Notes under the pieces: model-generated | Database searches by the model: none | What the model saw: the letters and a program-made list of their open reading frames with translations, nothing else | Told to the model about the DNA's origin: nothing | Shown: positions 19,240 to 28,802 of the stretch, piece after piece | How the letters are laid out: every line of letters begins with the position of its first letter | Numbering within the stretch: position 1 is the first letter of the stretch | Made by a program: the position numbers and the translations under genes | Assembly: GCA_913053885.1 (NCBI GenBank) | Contig: CAJXGE010000002.1 | Coordinates: 32,298 to 96,297, forward strand | Reading direction: 5' to 3' | Length of the DNA stretch: 64,000 nucleotides | From: an uncultured Acidimicrobiaceae bacterium | GTDB lineage: Bacteria; Actinomycetota; Acidimicrobiia; Acidimicrobiales; MedAcidi-G1

Positions 19240-20093
19240 TAGCCCAACCGATTTAAAGAGCGGGGTTGTCTTTGCCAATTCTTGTCAACTCGGACAAACA
19301 GTTCGAGAAATACTTCTTCTGGTAAATGCTCTCGGGCTTTAATACCGACTTCTTTTAGCACTAACCCTTTTTTACCGATAACTATTCCTTTTTGGGATTC
19401 ACGTTCTACGAGTATTTCGCATCTTATTCTTGGCCATTCCCATTCGGTTACTCGTGTGGCTATGGAGTGAGGAAGTTCTTCTTTGACTATGGCGAGTAAT
19501 TGTTCTCTTACTAATTCTGCTACCCAGAATGCTTCAGGATTATCAGTGATGGTGTCTTCAGGGTAATACTTAGGTCCTTCTGGCAATTGACTCAATATGT
19601 ATTCCACTAAGGCTTCTACTCCTTCACCTGTCATGGCTGAGATGGGGAAATATTCTTCGAATTCAAAACCTGCGGCTTCTGAAAGTTGTGTCAATATGCG
19701 GTCTTTGTTGACTTTGTCTATTTTGTTTAAAACTAGAACTGTTCGGCCCTTAGGTAGCGTTTCAGCGATCAAACGGTCACCCTTGCCGATATTTCCGTCA
19801 GCTTCGACTAAAAAGAGAACAACGTCCATGTCAGGTAAAGACTCACGGGCGGTTGCGTTTAATCTTTCCCCTAGAAGAGTGCGCGGCTTGTGTATCCCCG
19901 GAGTGTCGCAAAACACTGCTTGAACATCTTTGCGAGTTAGAACTCCACGGATTTCCGTTCGTGTTGTTTGTGGCTTATCAGAAACAATCGTTACTTTTGT
20001 TCCAAGTATCTGATTGAGCAAAGTTGACTTACCTACATTTGGGCGTCCAACAAGTGTTACAAAACCTGAACGGAAGTCATCAACTGGTTGCAT
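19236..20093 (-). CDS. era: GTPase Era
   Basis: GRPNVGKST, KPQTTR, DTPGIH, NKID, KH-domain GIVIGKKG. Confidence 0.97.
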   Translation of the reverse strand: MQPVDDFRSGFVTLVGRPNVGKSTLLNQILGTKVTIVSDKPQTTRTEIRGVLTRKDVQAVFCDTPGIHKPRTLLGERLNATARESLPDMDVVLFLVEADGNIGKGDRLIAETLPKGRTVLVLNKIDKVNKDRILTQLSEAAGFEFEEYFPISAMTGEGVEALVEYILSQLPEGPKYYPEDTITDNPEAFWVAELVREQLLAIVKEELPHSIATRVTEWEWPRIRCEILVERESQKGIVIGKKGLVLKEVGIKAREHLPEEVFLELFVRVDKNWQRQPRSLNRLGY

Positions 20094-20572
20094 TATTTTT
20101 TATTGAGTCCATGTTTAGCGAGGATTTCTTTTTGTCGGCTCTCCATGATTTCTCTTTCTTCTTGTTCCACATGGTCATATCCCAAGAGGTGAAGGACCCC
20201 ATGGATTAGAAGCAGAGAAATTTCTGTTTCATACGAATGTTCGGTTGCTTGCCTCTTAGCAACTTTCGGGCAAATCAGGACATCCCCTAGCAATAAAACC
20301 TCCCCATCAGGAAAATCTTTTGGATCATCTAACGGAAATGCTAGGACGTCTGTTGCTCCCGTGCCCTCCATATATTCAGCGTTTAGTTCAGCCATTGCTT
20401 CTTCATCTATGAAATGGATTGTGAGTTCTATTGATTTATTTGCTAAACCTTCTTGCGTTAAAACTTCTGTAGCTAGACCAGTTAATTCTTCGGCTACGAG
20501 CTCTGGTTCTTGCGAAGTATCAATGCGACTCTCAGCAAAGACAACCTTTAGAGCACTCTGGCTGTTACTCAT
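20093..20572 (-). CDS. ybeY: rRNA maturation endoribonuclease YbeY
   Basis: ATDVLAFP, LGDVLIC, HGVLHLLGYDH. Confidence 0.96.
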   Translation of the reverse strand: MSNSQSALKVVFAESRIDTSQEPELVAEELTGLATEVLTQEGLANKSIELTIHFIDEEAMAELNAEYMEGTGATDVLAFPLDDPKDFPDGEVLLLGDVLICPKVAKRQATEHSYETEISLLLIHGVLHLLGYDHVEQEEREIMESRQKEILAKHGLNKK

Positions 20573-21522
20573 TCTTTTTTGCGTCTTTGAGTTCGCCGCT
20601 CATATGCATTTACTATGTCTTGTACAATACGGTGCCTGACTACATCTCGGCTCGTCAAGTTAACAAAAGTAAGATCTTTGATCCCAGATAGTATTTCCTC
20701 GAGGCCATCCAACCCGCTTCTTCCTCCCGGAACATCTACCTGACTTGCATCTCCGGTAACTACAACCTGTGAGCCGAACCCAATGCGAGTGAGAAACATT
20801 TTCATCTGCTCAGGTGTGGTGTTTTGTGCTTCATCTAATATCACGAATGCATTACTTAAAGTTCGTCCACGCATGAATGCTAAAGGGGCTACTTCTATTT
20901 GTCCGCTCTCTAAAAGACGTGTTGCGGTTTCATGATCAAGCATTTCAAATAAGGCGTCATAAAGCGGTTTCAGATAAGGGTCAACTTTTGCCATGAGGTC
21001 TCCTGGCAGAAACCCAACTCTTTCTCCTGCTTCTACTAACGGACGAGTGAGAATTATCCGATCAACCAAATCATTTTTAAGCGCTCGTACCGCCATGGCT
21101 ACCGCTAGCCAACTTTTTCCTGTACCGGCAGGGCCAACAGCAAAGGTAATTACTCCATCGCGAACTGCTTCAAAATAACGCATTTGCCCTGCGGATCTTG
21201 GTCTTACTGATTTGCCTCTAGTTGTTCGAAGTATTTCCGTAGTTAGAACTTCAGATGGCTGTTCGTCTGCTTTTATCATGTCTATAGTTCGATCCAAAAC
21301 ACGCGTATTGAGTTCTTGTCCACTTTCAAGCAGATGAACTAATTCATTGAATAAGCGTCCGACTACGTCAGCTTCTTGGCCATTTACCGTTACTTCATTT
21401 CCCCTTACTGAAATCATGGCTCCCGGAAAAGCTGCCTCCACTTGACGGAGAAGGTCGTCGCGCTCTCCCACTAATCCAACCATCAAGTCATTGTTTGGAA
21501 CACTTAATTTGAGATTTGTCAT
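20569..21522 (-). CDS. phoH: PhoH family protein
   Basis: GPAGTGKS, LTRPLVEAGE, GFLPGDL, LAFMRGRTL, ILDEAQN, VVRH. Confidence 0.95.
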   Translation of the reverse strand: MTNLKLSVPNNDLMVGLVGERDDLLRQVEAAFPGAMISVRGNEVTVNGQEADVVGRLFNELVHLLESGQELNTRVLDRTIDMIKADEQPSEVLTTEILRTTRGKSVRPRSAGQMRYFEAVRDGVITFAVGPAGTGKSWLAVAMAVRALKNDLVDRIILTRPLVEAGERVGFLPGDLMAKVDPYLKPLYDALFEMLDHETATRLLESGQIEVAPLAFMRGRTLSNAFVILDEAQNTTPEQMKMFLTRIGFGSQVVVTGDASQVDVPGGRSGLDGLEEILSGIKDLTFVNLTSRDVVRHRIVQDIVNAYERRTQRRKKE

Positions 21523-21568
21523 ACAGATTTAAAAACGATAACGAATGAGGGACGGTTAGAGAGATTTT

Positions 21569-21937
21569 TCACTTATTTCTTCTTCGTTTCTTCTGTCGGC
21601 GAAGCATGTTCCGAGGCGATCTTTTGCGCTTTCTTCTTTCAGCTTCAACTTCTGCTTGCACCTGTGGAGCGGCTGAGTTCACTATGTCTTCAACTGACCC
21701 CAGTAGATCTGCAATACTGCCATCTTCTCCTAAGCCGCTAGGTTCCTCTGGAGTAGCTGGGGTTATTAATGTTCCGTGACTCCAATTCACGTCAACTGTT
21801 CTTCTTTCATACGAAGAACAGTTGTCTGGACAACGCCAAGGAGCTTCTGGAGCTAAATCTAGATTGCACTTTCGAACCGTGTCTCCATTGGGATAGGTTC
21901 GGCTTTCAAATTGCTTACATTCTTGGCGCATTGGCAT
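21569..21937 (-). CDS. Hypothetical protein with four N-terminal Cys and a very basic C-terminus
   Basis: ATG-started ORF filling the sufB-phoH gap on the same strand; four Cys in the first 41 aa; Arg/Lys-rich tail. Confidence 0.75.
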   Translation of the reverse strand: MPMRQECKQFESRTYPNGDTVRKCNLDLAPEAPWRCPDNCSSYERRTVDVNWSHGTLITPATPEEPSGLGEDGSIADLLGSVEDIVNSAAPQVQAEVEAERRKRKRSPRNMLRRQKKRRRNK

Positions 21938-21975
21938 GGTTTTAGAACCTTAGCAACTCGTAGTGATTAGAGCGA

Positions 21976-23379
21976 CTAACCGATTGAACCTTCCATTTGA
22001 AGTTCAATCAAACGGCTCCATTCGACCGCATACTCCATTGGTAAAGTTTTTGTTACTGGTTCAATAAAGCCATTAACTACTAAAGACATAGATTGTTCTT
22101 CTGTTAGGCCTCTGCTCATTAAATAGAAGAGTTGGTCATCTGCTACTTTTGATACGGTCGCTTCGTGTCCTATAACTGCGTCGGAAGAACCTACTTCCAT
22201 ATACGGATAGGTATCTGAAACACTGTCATCATCTAAAATTAGAGCGTCGCATTGGACGTGGCTTTTACATCCATAGGCTTCTTCTTCGACTCGAACAAGT
22301 CCGCGGTAACTTGAGCGCCCTCCATCTTTTGAGATTGATTTAGAAACAATTTTTGAGGTTGTTTCAGGTGCGGCGTGTGTCATCTTCGCCCCTGCATCTT
22401 GATGCTGACCAGATCCTGCGTAAGCGACGGAAAGAACTTCACCTGATGCCTTTGGCCCAACCATTACTACTGCGGGATATTTCATTGTTAGACGTGAACC
22501 TATGTTTCCGTCTATCCATTCCATATGTCCTTCCGCTTCCACCCGAGCTCTCTTTGTCACCAAGTTATAGACATTTGATGACCAGTTTTGAATCGTTGTG
22601 TAAGTTACGCGTGCGGATTCTTTAACCACTATTTCGACTACTGCGGAGTGAAGCGAGTCCGTGCTGTAAACCGGTGCAGAGCATCCTTCAATGTAATGAA
22701 CTTCCGATCCTTCATCAGCGATGATTAATGTTCTCTCAAACTGCCCCATGTTTTCGGCGTTGATTCGGAAATAAGCTTGTAAAGGCATTTCCACTTTCAC
22801 ACCAGGTGGAACATATATAAAGGATCCTCCACTCCAGACTGCTGAATTAAGAGCGGAGAACTTATTGTCATTCGGTGGAATTACTCGACCGAAGTAGTCT
22901 TTAACTAATTCTGGGTTCTCTCTTAGAGCAGTATCCATGTCACAGAAAATGACACCTTGTTGCTCTAGGTCTTCACGATTGCGGTGATAAACAACTTCTG
23001 ACTCGTATTGAGCAGTTACTCCAGCAAGATATTTTCTTTCTGCTTCGGGTATTCCTAATTTTTCATAAGTGTCTTTGATGGCTTCAGGAACGTCTTCCCA
23101 ATCTTCTGAAAGTGAATCTGTTGGCTTGATGTAATAGTAAATGTCGTCAAAGTCGATACCGGTCATGTCTCCACCCCACCAAGGCATCGGGCGGTCAATG
23201 AATCTCTGATGGGATTTCAGTCGGAAATCGCGCATCCATTCCGGTTCATTCTTCATCCATGAAATTTCTTGAATGAGTTTTTCGTCTAAACCTTTTGTTG
23301 GTTTATAGACGTAATCTTCTTCGTCGCTCCAACCAAGTTTGTATCGGCCTAAGTCGACTCCAATATCTGCGCTAGTCAC
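21976..23379 (-). CDS. sufB: Fe-S cluster assembly protein SufB
   Basis: [63 protein letters not shown]. Confidence 0.97.
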   Translation of the reverse strand: MTSADIGVDLGRYKLGWSDEEDYVYKPTKGLDEKLIQEISWMKNEPEWMRDFRLKSHQRFIDRPMPWWGGDMTGIDFDDIYYYIKPTDSLSEDWEDVPEAIKDTYEKLGIPEAERKYLAGVTAQYESEVVYHRNREDLEQQGVIFCDMDTALRENPELVKDYFGRVIPPNDNKFSALNSAVWSGGSFIYVPPGVKVEMPLQAYFRINAENMGQFERTLIIADEGSEVHYIEGCSAPVYSTDSLHSAVVEIVVKESARVTYTTIQNWSSNVYNLVTKRARVEAEGHMEWIDGNIGSRLTMKYPAVVMVGPKASGEVLSVAYAGSGQHQDAGAKMTHAAPETTSKIVSKSISKDGGRSSYRGLVRVEEEAYGCKSHVQCDALILDDDSVSDTYPYMEVGSSDAVIGHEATVSKVADDQLFYLMSRGLTEEQSMSLVVNGFIEPVTKTLPMEYAVEWSRLIELQMEGSIG

Positions 23380-23468
23380 TTGTGGATCTTCTCCATTTGA
23401 TAAACATTTCTCCTATACAGATAGTAACAATATCTGACAGACAACCCCCTTTAATGTGATGACATTCA

Positions 23469-24236
23469 CTAATCAACTAGTAAGTATTGTCTGCTTAACC
23501 AGCCAAGCAATATAGCAATTGCTCTCGGATCGTGACGTAGGTGATGGCCGGCGCCACTAATCATTCTTAATTCACTAGTTGCATGTGCCCCTGAAATAGC
23601 GCGTGCATCGAGCGGAGGAACGATTTCGTCATCGGTTCCATGAACAACGAGTAAAGATTTGGAAGCTAGATTTTCTGCAGATCGTTCTGCTGAGATTTCT
23701 GAAAGTGAAGACCTCCAAGTGTCAAAATCCTCTAAAGGTGAAGATTCATTTACAAGTCCGGCGTCTCGCGCGTGAAGTAGAAGTCGGCGTGGGTTTTCAG
23801 CCCAGTCTTTGAAATCTGCTGGGGCTGCTAATGCTGCGACACCTTTGATCTCTTCTTCTGTGACTGCAGCAGCAAGTGAAAGTGCTCCTCCTGTACCAAA
23901 ACCCGCCAACCATAATGGCCCTACTTCTTCAAAAGTAGAGAAATGATTAATCGCAGCTTTTAGATCTTCGCGCCATCCATCAAGGCTAAAAAATCCTTCA
24001 GATTCTCCCATGCCGCGAAAGTGAGGCACCATTACTGCCCATCCCATTTCTTTTGAGATTCTCTCACCTAATTCTGGAAGGGTGTCCGGAGAATTAGCTC
24101 CTCCTGTTTCTCCTGTAGGGAATCCGTGAGCTATGACTAGCCCTGGAATTGATTTTTCTTGATCTTCAGGAAATAAAAGGTCTGCTTCTAACGACAATTC
24201 ACCGGAAAGGAAGTGATGAGTAGCCACTAGCCTCAA
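23469..24236 (-). CDS. Alpha/beta hydrolase-fold protein lacking the catalytic serine
   Basis: IAHGFP, FRGMGESEG, LAGFGTGG (nucleophile position is Gly), HGTDDEIVP, GAGHHL. Confidence 0.8.
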   Translation of the reverse strand: MRLVATHHFLSGELSLEADLLFPEDQEKSIPGLVIAHGFPTGETGGANSPDTLPELGERISKEMGWAVMVPHFRGMGESEGFFSLDGWREDLKAAINHFSTFEEVGPLWLAGFGTGGALSLAAAVTEEEIKGVAALAAPADFKDWAENPRRLLLHARDAGLVNESSPLEDFDTWRSSLSEISAERSAENLASKSLLVVHGTDDEIVPPLDARAISGAHATSELRMISGAGHHLRHDPRAIAILLGWLSRQYLLVD

Positions 24237-24751
24237 TCAACCCGTTTCATTTGTTGGCGGAACTGTTTTCCTCGCTCAACATAAATTTGGGCGTTCATTA
24301 AATTTGCTTCTTCAGGAACTACCCCTTCACGAATTGTCGCTGGAACCCCTAACGCCATTGAGTAGGGAGGGATCACCGTTCCATTACGCACCATTGCATT
24401 TGCTCCGACTATTGATCCTCGACCCACAATGGCTTCATGGATAACCACTGCTCCAACCCCTACTAATGCTTGGTCTTCAATGACACAACCCTCTAGATGG
24501 CATAAGTGCCCTAATGTGACGTCTTCGCCTACCACTGTCGGTAGTTCTGCTGTGCAGTGGAGTACTGCGTTGTCTTGAACTGAAGTACGTGCACCAATTG
24601 AGATTAGAGAGTCGTCTCCTCGAATAACAGCATTCGGCCATACGCTTGCTTCAGCTCCAATTGTGACGTTGCCGATAATGACTGCTTGGGGGTGGATATA
24701 AGCTGTGGGGTCAATTTGAGGGGTTAGATCACCTAGTGTGTAGATAGGCAT
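24233..24751 (-). CDS. Gamma carbonic anhydrase family protein (YrdA/PaaY-like)
   Basis: Hexapeptide repeats, IRGD, VQDNAVLH, LGHLCHLEGC. Confidence 0.9.
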   Translation of the reverse strand: MPIYTLGDLTPQIDPTAYIHPQAVIIGNVTIGAEASVWPNAVIRGDDSLISIGARTSVQDNAVLHCTAELPTVVGEDVTLGHLCHLEGCVIEDQALVGVGAVVIHEAIVGRGSIVGANAMVRNGTVIPPYSMALGVPATIREGVVPEEANLMNAQIYVERGKQFRQQMKRVD

Positions 24752-25233
24752 TAACTGACTCCTTTAAATTGACCATAACTTCCACCAAGGAACACTAATG
24801 GAGAACCGTTGTCGTTATGCATTGCTTCTTTTACTAGTCCTGATACAAAGAAGTGATCTCCAGCTTCAGTTACTTCATGTATGGAGCAATCAATGTTTGC
24901 AAGGCAAGAAGGAATCATCGGAGATCCAGATGATGCTGGTTCCCAACCAGTTCCTTCCCACGGATCTCCTTCCTTTCTGAAAAATCCGTTTGAGAGTTCA
25001 ACTTGTTGGTCTGTTAGTACGTTCACACAGAAAGAGCCTGATTTCTCTATTCTTTTCCAAGTTTGACTACCTGTTCCGATGAAGAATCCCACTAAGGGAG
25101 GGTCCATGGAAACTGAAGTGAATGATCCAATAACTATTGCGAGAGGTTCGTCATTGTCTATTCCTGTTACGAGAGTAACGCCGGTGGGATAGCGTCCTAA
25201 AACTTTTCTGTAGAGATCACCGTCTATTGTCAT
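24751..25233 (-). CDS. Flavin reductase family protein
   Basis: YPTGVTLVT, SFTSVSMDPPLV, FCVNVL, AGDH. Confidence 0.93.
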   Translation of the reverse strand: MTIDGDLYRKVLGRYPTGVTLVTGIDNDEPLAIVIGSFTSVSMDPPLVGFFIGTGSQTWKRIEKSGSFCVNVLTDQQVELSNGFFRKEGDPWEGTGWEPASSGSPMIPSCLANIDCSIHEVTEAGDHFFVSGLVKEAMHNDNGSPLVFLGGSYGQFKGVS

Positions 25234-25341
25234 TTCAAACCTTATAAGTAGATAACTATTAACTCTAAGACTACATAACTGTTTTTTAGGTCGCAGTTAG
25301 GCTTTCACGCTTGTCTTTTCTATATTTTTCATAACTTGCGT

Positions 25342-25357
25342 GTTACCCCTTAGTAAC
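25342..25357. promoter_or_regulatory. GTTAC-N6-GTAAC box next to the TACCAT -10 of the selenoprotein operon
   Basis: Same core and spacing as the repeat at 10792-10817. Confidence 0.4.
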
Positions 25358-25372
25358 TTACCATTCTTAGTT

Positions 25373-26818
25373 ATGGCGGAAAATGAAAGCAGGTATGAGT
25401 TCAGCGACGGCATATCTGTTGTAGTTAACTCTGAATGCCCCACTTGTCAGTTGACTTCTAGTCTTTTAGCTGATCTTGGAAGTAGCGGCCATGTAACTGT
25501 TTTTTCGCAAGATGATCCGTCGTTTCCTGTTTCAGCTGAATGGGTTCGTGATGACAGTGACCTTGCTTTTAGCTGGCATAACGATATTGAAGCTGTCCCG
25601 ACTCTTGTTCGTGTGGTTGACGGAAAAGAAGTTGAGCGACTGTCGGGTTGGAATAGGAAAGAGTGGGAAAGGCTACTTGAATTGGAGAACCTTGCTCCAG
25701 ATCTTGTAGACCATAAGCCTGGCTGCGGTTCGTTATCAGTATCACCGGATCGAGTTGATGAACTTGAAGTAAAGTTTGGTGGTAAGAAATTTGTTTCTCG
25801 TCGGGTAGAAATTGCATCTCTTGAAGATGAGATGGAAGCAATGTTTGATCGAGGTTGGAGCGATGGGTTGCCTGTCGTCCCACCTACTGAAGCGCGTGTT
25901 AATCGGATGCTTGCAGGGACTTCACGAGAGCCTGACGATATTGTCGCGGTAATTCCACCAAATCTTGCAGAGTGTTCTGTTGAGAAAGTGGCAATTAATG
26001 CTGTTATGGCTGGTTGTCTTCCCGAATATCTGCCAGTAGTGATTGCTTGCCTTGAAGCAATCTGCACAGATGAATTCAATATGCATGGTGTTCTTGCCAC
26101 CACTATGGGGGTGGGTCCTGTCTTTGTTGTTAGCGGTCCAATAACTGAACGCCTTGACATGAACTCTGGAATAAATGCTCTTGGGCACGGAAACCGGGCA
26201 AATACCACTATCGGTAGAGCTGTCCAACTTGTCTTAAGGAATATCGGTGGTGGTAAGCCTGGAGGAATTGATCGAGCAACTTTCGGGCATATGGGCAAGC
26301 TTGGTTTTTGTTTTGCCGAAGCACCTTCTCCATGGGAGAACTTATCTGAAGGTTTCGGATTCTCTCCGGAGCAAAACACTGTAACGGCCTTCACCGGAGA
26401 AGGACCACGCATTATTGTCGATCAAAAAAGTAGGAGCCCAGAGTCTTTAACTCGATTATTAGCTGAAGGTTTGAAGTCAACTATTTCTCCAAGAATGGTT
26501 TTAGGCATGGATGCGATGCTGGTGATTTCTCCCGAGCATCTCAGCAGATTCATTGATGCTGGGTGGAGTCGAGCACAATTCATTGAAAGGCTATCTGAAC
26601 TCCTGATGATTGACAGCGATGAAATAATAGAGGGTGCTGGTGGTATCGAAGACGGCATTCCATCAGCTTTTGCAGGAAATAAATTACCGAAGTTTCGCCC
26701 CGGTGGCCTACTGGTAGTTCACGCTGGTGGACCTGCAGGACTTTTTTCGGCCATAATTGGTGGATGGCTGAATGGGGCTAAAGGGAGCGACCCAGTTGCA
26801 AAGGAAATAATTTTATGA
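25373..26818 (+). CDS. Thioredoxin-like (CPTC) domain fused to a large domain of unknown function; partner of the UGSC selenoprotein
   Basis: ECPTC and DIEAVPTLV (Trx cis-Pro loop), PGCGS linker, GWSDGLPVVPPT, AINAVMAGC, NRANTTIGRA; ATG 25373 lies 8 nt after TACCAT; overlaps the next gene by ATAA/ATGA. Confidence 0.75.
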   Translation: MAENESRYEFSDGISVVVNSECPTCQLTSSLLADLGSSGHVTVFSQDDPSFPVSAEWVRDDSDLAFSWHNDIEAVPTLVRVVDGKEVERLSGWNRKEWERLLELENLAPDLVDHKPGCGSLSVSPDRVDELEVKFGGKKFVSRRVEIASLEDEMEAMFDRGWSDGLPVVPPTEARVNRMLAGTSREPDDIVAVIPPNLAECSVEKVAINAVMAGCLPEYLPVVIACLEAICTDEFNMHGVLATTMGVGPVFVVSGPITERLDMNSGINALGHGNRANTTIGRAVQLVLRNIGGGKPGGIDRATFGHMGKLGFCFAEAPSPWENLSEGFGFSPEQNTVTAFTGEGPRIIVDQKSRSPESLTRLLAEGLKSTISPRMVLGMDAMLVISPEHLSRFIDAGWSRAQFIERLSELLMIDSDEIIEGAGGIEDGIPSAFAGNKLPKFRPGGLLVVHAGGPAGLFSAIIGGWLNGAKGSDPVAKEIIL

Positions 26819-27336
26819 ATCAAACAATTTCTGTGCTTGATCCCACTTCCGAGGATCACTCTCCAGAAATTCGGTTAAGTGACCGAATTGAAAGCATTAA
26901 AGGAGCAACGATTGGTTTACTCGACATCTCTAAACCTAGAGGAGATGTTTTCCTTGACCAATTGGAGAAGAGATTCACGGAACACGGAGCCACTGTTCTT
27001 CGTTTCATGAAACCGACTTTCACTAAGCCTGCTCCTGTGGATCTTCGTTATGAAATATTTAGTAAATGTGATGCTGTCATTGAAGCTCTAGCTGATTGAG
27101 GTTCTTGTACAACATGCAGTGTGCATGACATCAGTAACTTAGAAAAACAAGGTTTACCGGGAGTGTTCGTAGCTTCTGGGCCTTTTGTTGACGCTGCGGA
27201 AACTCAATCAAAAGCCGTCGGCATGGATGTAGCGCGTATCTTTGTTGAACATCCGATACAAGATCGCACAGACGAAGAGATGATTAAACTTGCTGATTCT
27301 GCTTTTGACGATCTTGTTGAATCTCTAACTGAATAA
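26815..27336 (+). CDS. UGSC-family selenoprotein (Sec at TGA 27097-27099), 173 aa
   Basis: ORFs 26815-27099 and 27121-27336 share one frame joined by ..DAVIEALAD-U-GSCTTCS-VHDISNLEKQGLPGV..; SECIS-like hairpin follows the TGA. Confidence 0.88.
27100..27130 (+). promoter_or_regulatory. Candidate bacterial SECIS element of the UGSC gene
   Basis: Stem CATGC(A)/(T)GCATG at 27113-27127 with apical GUG starting 20 nt after the UGA. Confidence 0.7.
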
Positions 27337-27343
27337 TTTCACT

Positions 27344-28213
27344 TTACGGCAAAGAGAAAGTATCTTTTTCGTAAATCGCCAAGCCGTCTGACACGACAGT
27401 AGAAGCTACTCTTTCTGCTCGTTCTGGATCTGTTGGCCATCCCATTACTTCTGCTAATTCTTTTTTTGACACAGATTTGGTCCTCAAAGCTGCCACCAAT
27501 TTCCCCCGTCCCTGGCGATCAGATCCTTCAAACTTTGATTGGGTGCCGCTCACTCCTGCGGAACCTTTTGCAGGGTCCACTCCAACACCTTTCCATGAGC
27601 AAGAAGTGCGTATCGGGCATTTCTCACAAGCGGGATTCTTCGATTTACATATCAAAGAACCTAAGTCAAGTACGGCCTGATTCCAGGCCCACCCCTCCCC
27701 TAATGGCACTGAACGATTCGCTAGTTCTTGAGCTTCCATTGGTTTCAAACGTTGACCCGTCCATCTCGCAAGAACCCTTCCAACATTAGTGTCAACTACA
27801 GCTTCATCTTGTTCAAACGCGAAAGCGAGGATTGCGCGAGCGGTATATGGTCCAATCCCTGGGAGTGAAATAAGTTCCTCAACAGTTGAAGGAATTTTTC
27901 CGTTGTGCTCTTCATCTATTCTTTTTGCCGCTTCATGTAGCTTCACTGCCCGGCGGTTGAACCCCATTCCCGCCCACTGTTTCACGACTTCGGAAAGCGA
28001 AGATGAAGCACAACTTTCAACTGTCGGAAATTCTTCTAAGAATTCAGGCCATTTTTTTAAAACTCGGTCTATTTGTGTTTGTTGCAACATGACTTCTGCC
28101 ACCATCACAAACCAGGGATTCCGTGTTCTTCGCCAAGGCAAGTCACGCAAATATTCCGCTCCCCAAGCCAAAACATCAATGGGTAATATCCGATCAACAT
28201 CTTTAACGCTCAC
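27344..28213 (-). CDS. mutY: A/G-specific adenine glycosylase MutY (short type)
   Basis: RDLPWR, AEVMLQQTQ, LPGIGPYTARA (HhH), VVDTNV, CX6CX2CX5C Fe-S loop. Confidence 0.92.
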   Translation of the reverse strand: MSVKDVDRILPIDVLAWGAEYLRDLPWRRTRNPWFVMVAEVMLQQTQIDRVLKKWPEFLEEFPTVESCASSSLSEVVKQWAGMGFNRRAVKLHEAAKRIDEEHNGKIPSTVEELISLPGIGPYTARAILAFAFEQDEAVVDTNVGRVLARWTGQRLKPMEAQELANRSVPLGEGWAWNQAVLDLGSLICKSKNPACEKCPIRTSCSWKGVGVDPAKGSAGVSGTQSKFEGSDRQGRGKLVAALRTKSVSKKELAEVMGWPTDPERAERVASTVVSDGLAIYEKDTFSLP

Positions 28214-28292
28214 AGCGTTGACAGTAGTAGATTTTCAAGAACATCAGCCATATGTCGTCAGAGCACCAAATCACTTGCTAGCGTCACCACTT

Positions 28293-28784
28293 GTGGCTAC
28301 AAATCCTGACCTAAACATACAAATACATTCAGTTACTGGTGATCCTCGACCGCTAGAAGAATACTTAACAAGTTTTCCTTTAGCAGTGGTTGCGCTTGAC
28401 CCTTTCACTCACGAAAGTTCTTGGATTTTGAACACTGCTCGCCGTGTTCTTTCAGTTTTCCGTGGTGCAGATGTAAGAGTTGCTTATCTGGTAGCTGGAA
28501 CAGATGCTGAGGGTGCACAACAGTTCCTCGGCCCTCTCACCGAAGAAACTCTTGCATTAGTGGACCCTGATCGATCCCTGATCAAATCCTTAGAAATATC
28601 TAATCTTCCAGCGTTCATTGTCTTAAAGCAAGATGGCTCGATTCTGGAAGCGGCAGAAAATTGGGATCCCGCTGCATGGAGAAGAGTAGGAGAGAAACTT
28701 GCTAATCTTACTTCCTGGTCTCGACCTGAATTCCCCGCTGAAGGCGACCCTGCTCCATATGTTGGAACTCCTTCTCTTGGATAA
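28293..28784 (+). CDS. Hypothetical protein, possible thioredoxin/peroxiredoxin-like fold with no cysteines
   Basis: Likely start GTG 28293, 8 nt after TAGCGT; LALVDPDRSLIKSLEISNLPAFIVLKQDG resembles an AhpC/TlpA C-terminus. Confidence 0.65.
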   Translation: MATNPDLNIQIHSVTGDPRPLEEYLTSFPLAVVALDPFTHESSWILNTARRVLSVFRGADVRVAYLVAGTDAEGAQQFLGPLTEETLALVDPDRSLIKSLEISNLPAFIVLKQDGSILEAAENWDPAAWRRVGEKLANLTSWSRPEFPAEGDPAPYVGTPSLG

Positions 28785-28802
28785 AAGCATTTTGGTGACG
28801 CT

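Noticed and set aside
25447-26412. 321-aa minus-strand ORF
   Set aside because: Fully antisense to the thioredoxin-fusion gene; Ser/Pro/Thr-rich shadow translation with no motifs
26815-27336. Two separate small genes or a nonsense pseudogene
   Set aside because: Same frame, the TGA sits in a UxxC redox motif and is followed by a SECIS-like hairpin, so one selenoprotein is the better reading
27789-28292. 5' extension of the 331-aa ORF 27789-28784
   Set aside because: Antisense to mutY over most of its length; a better start with a -10 hexamer is at 28293
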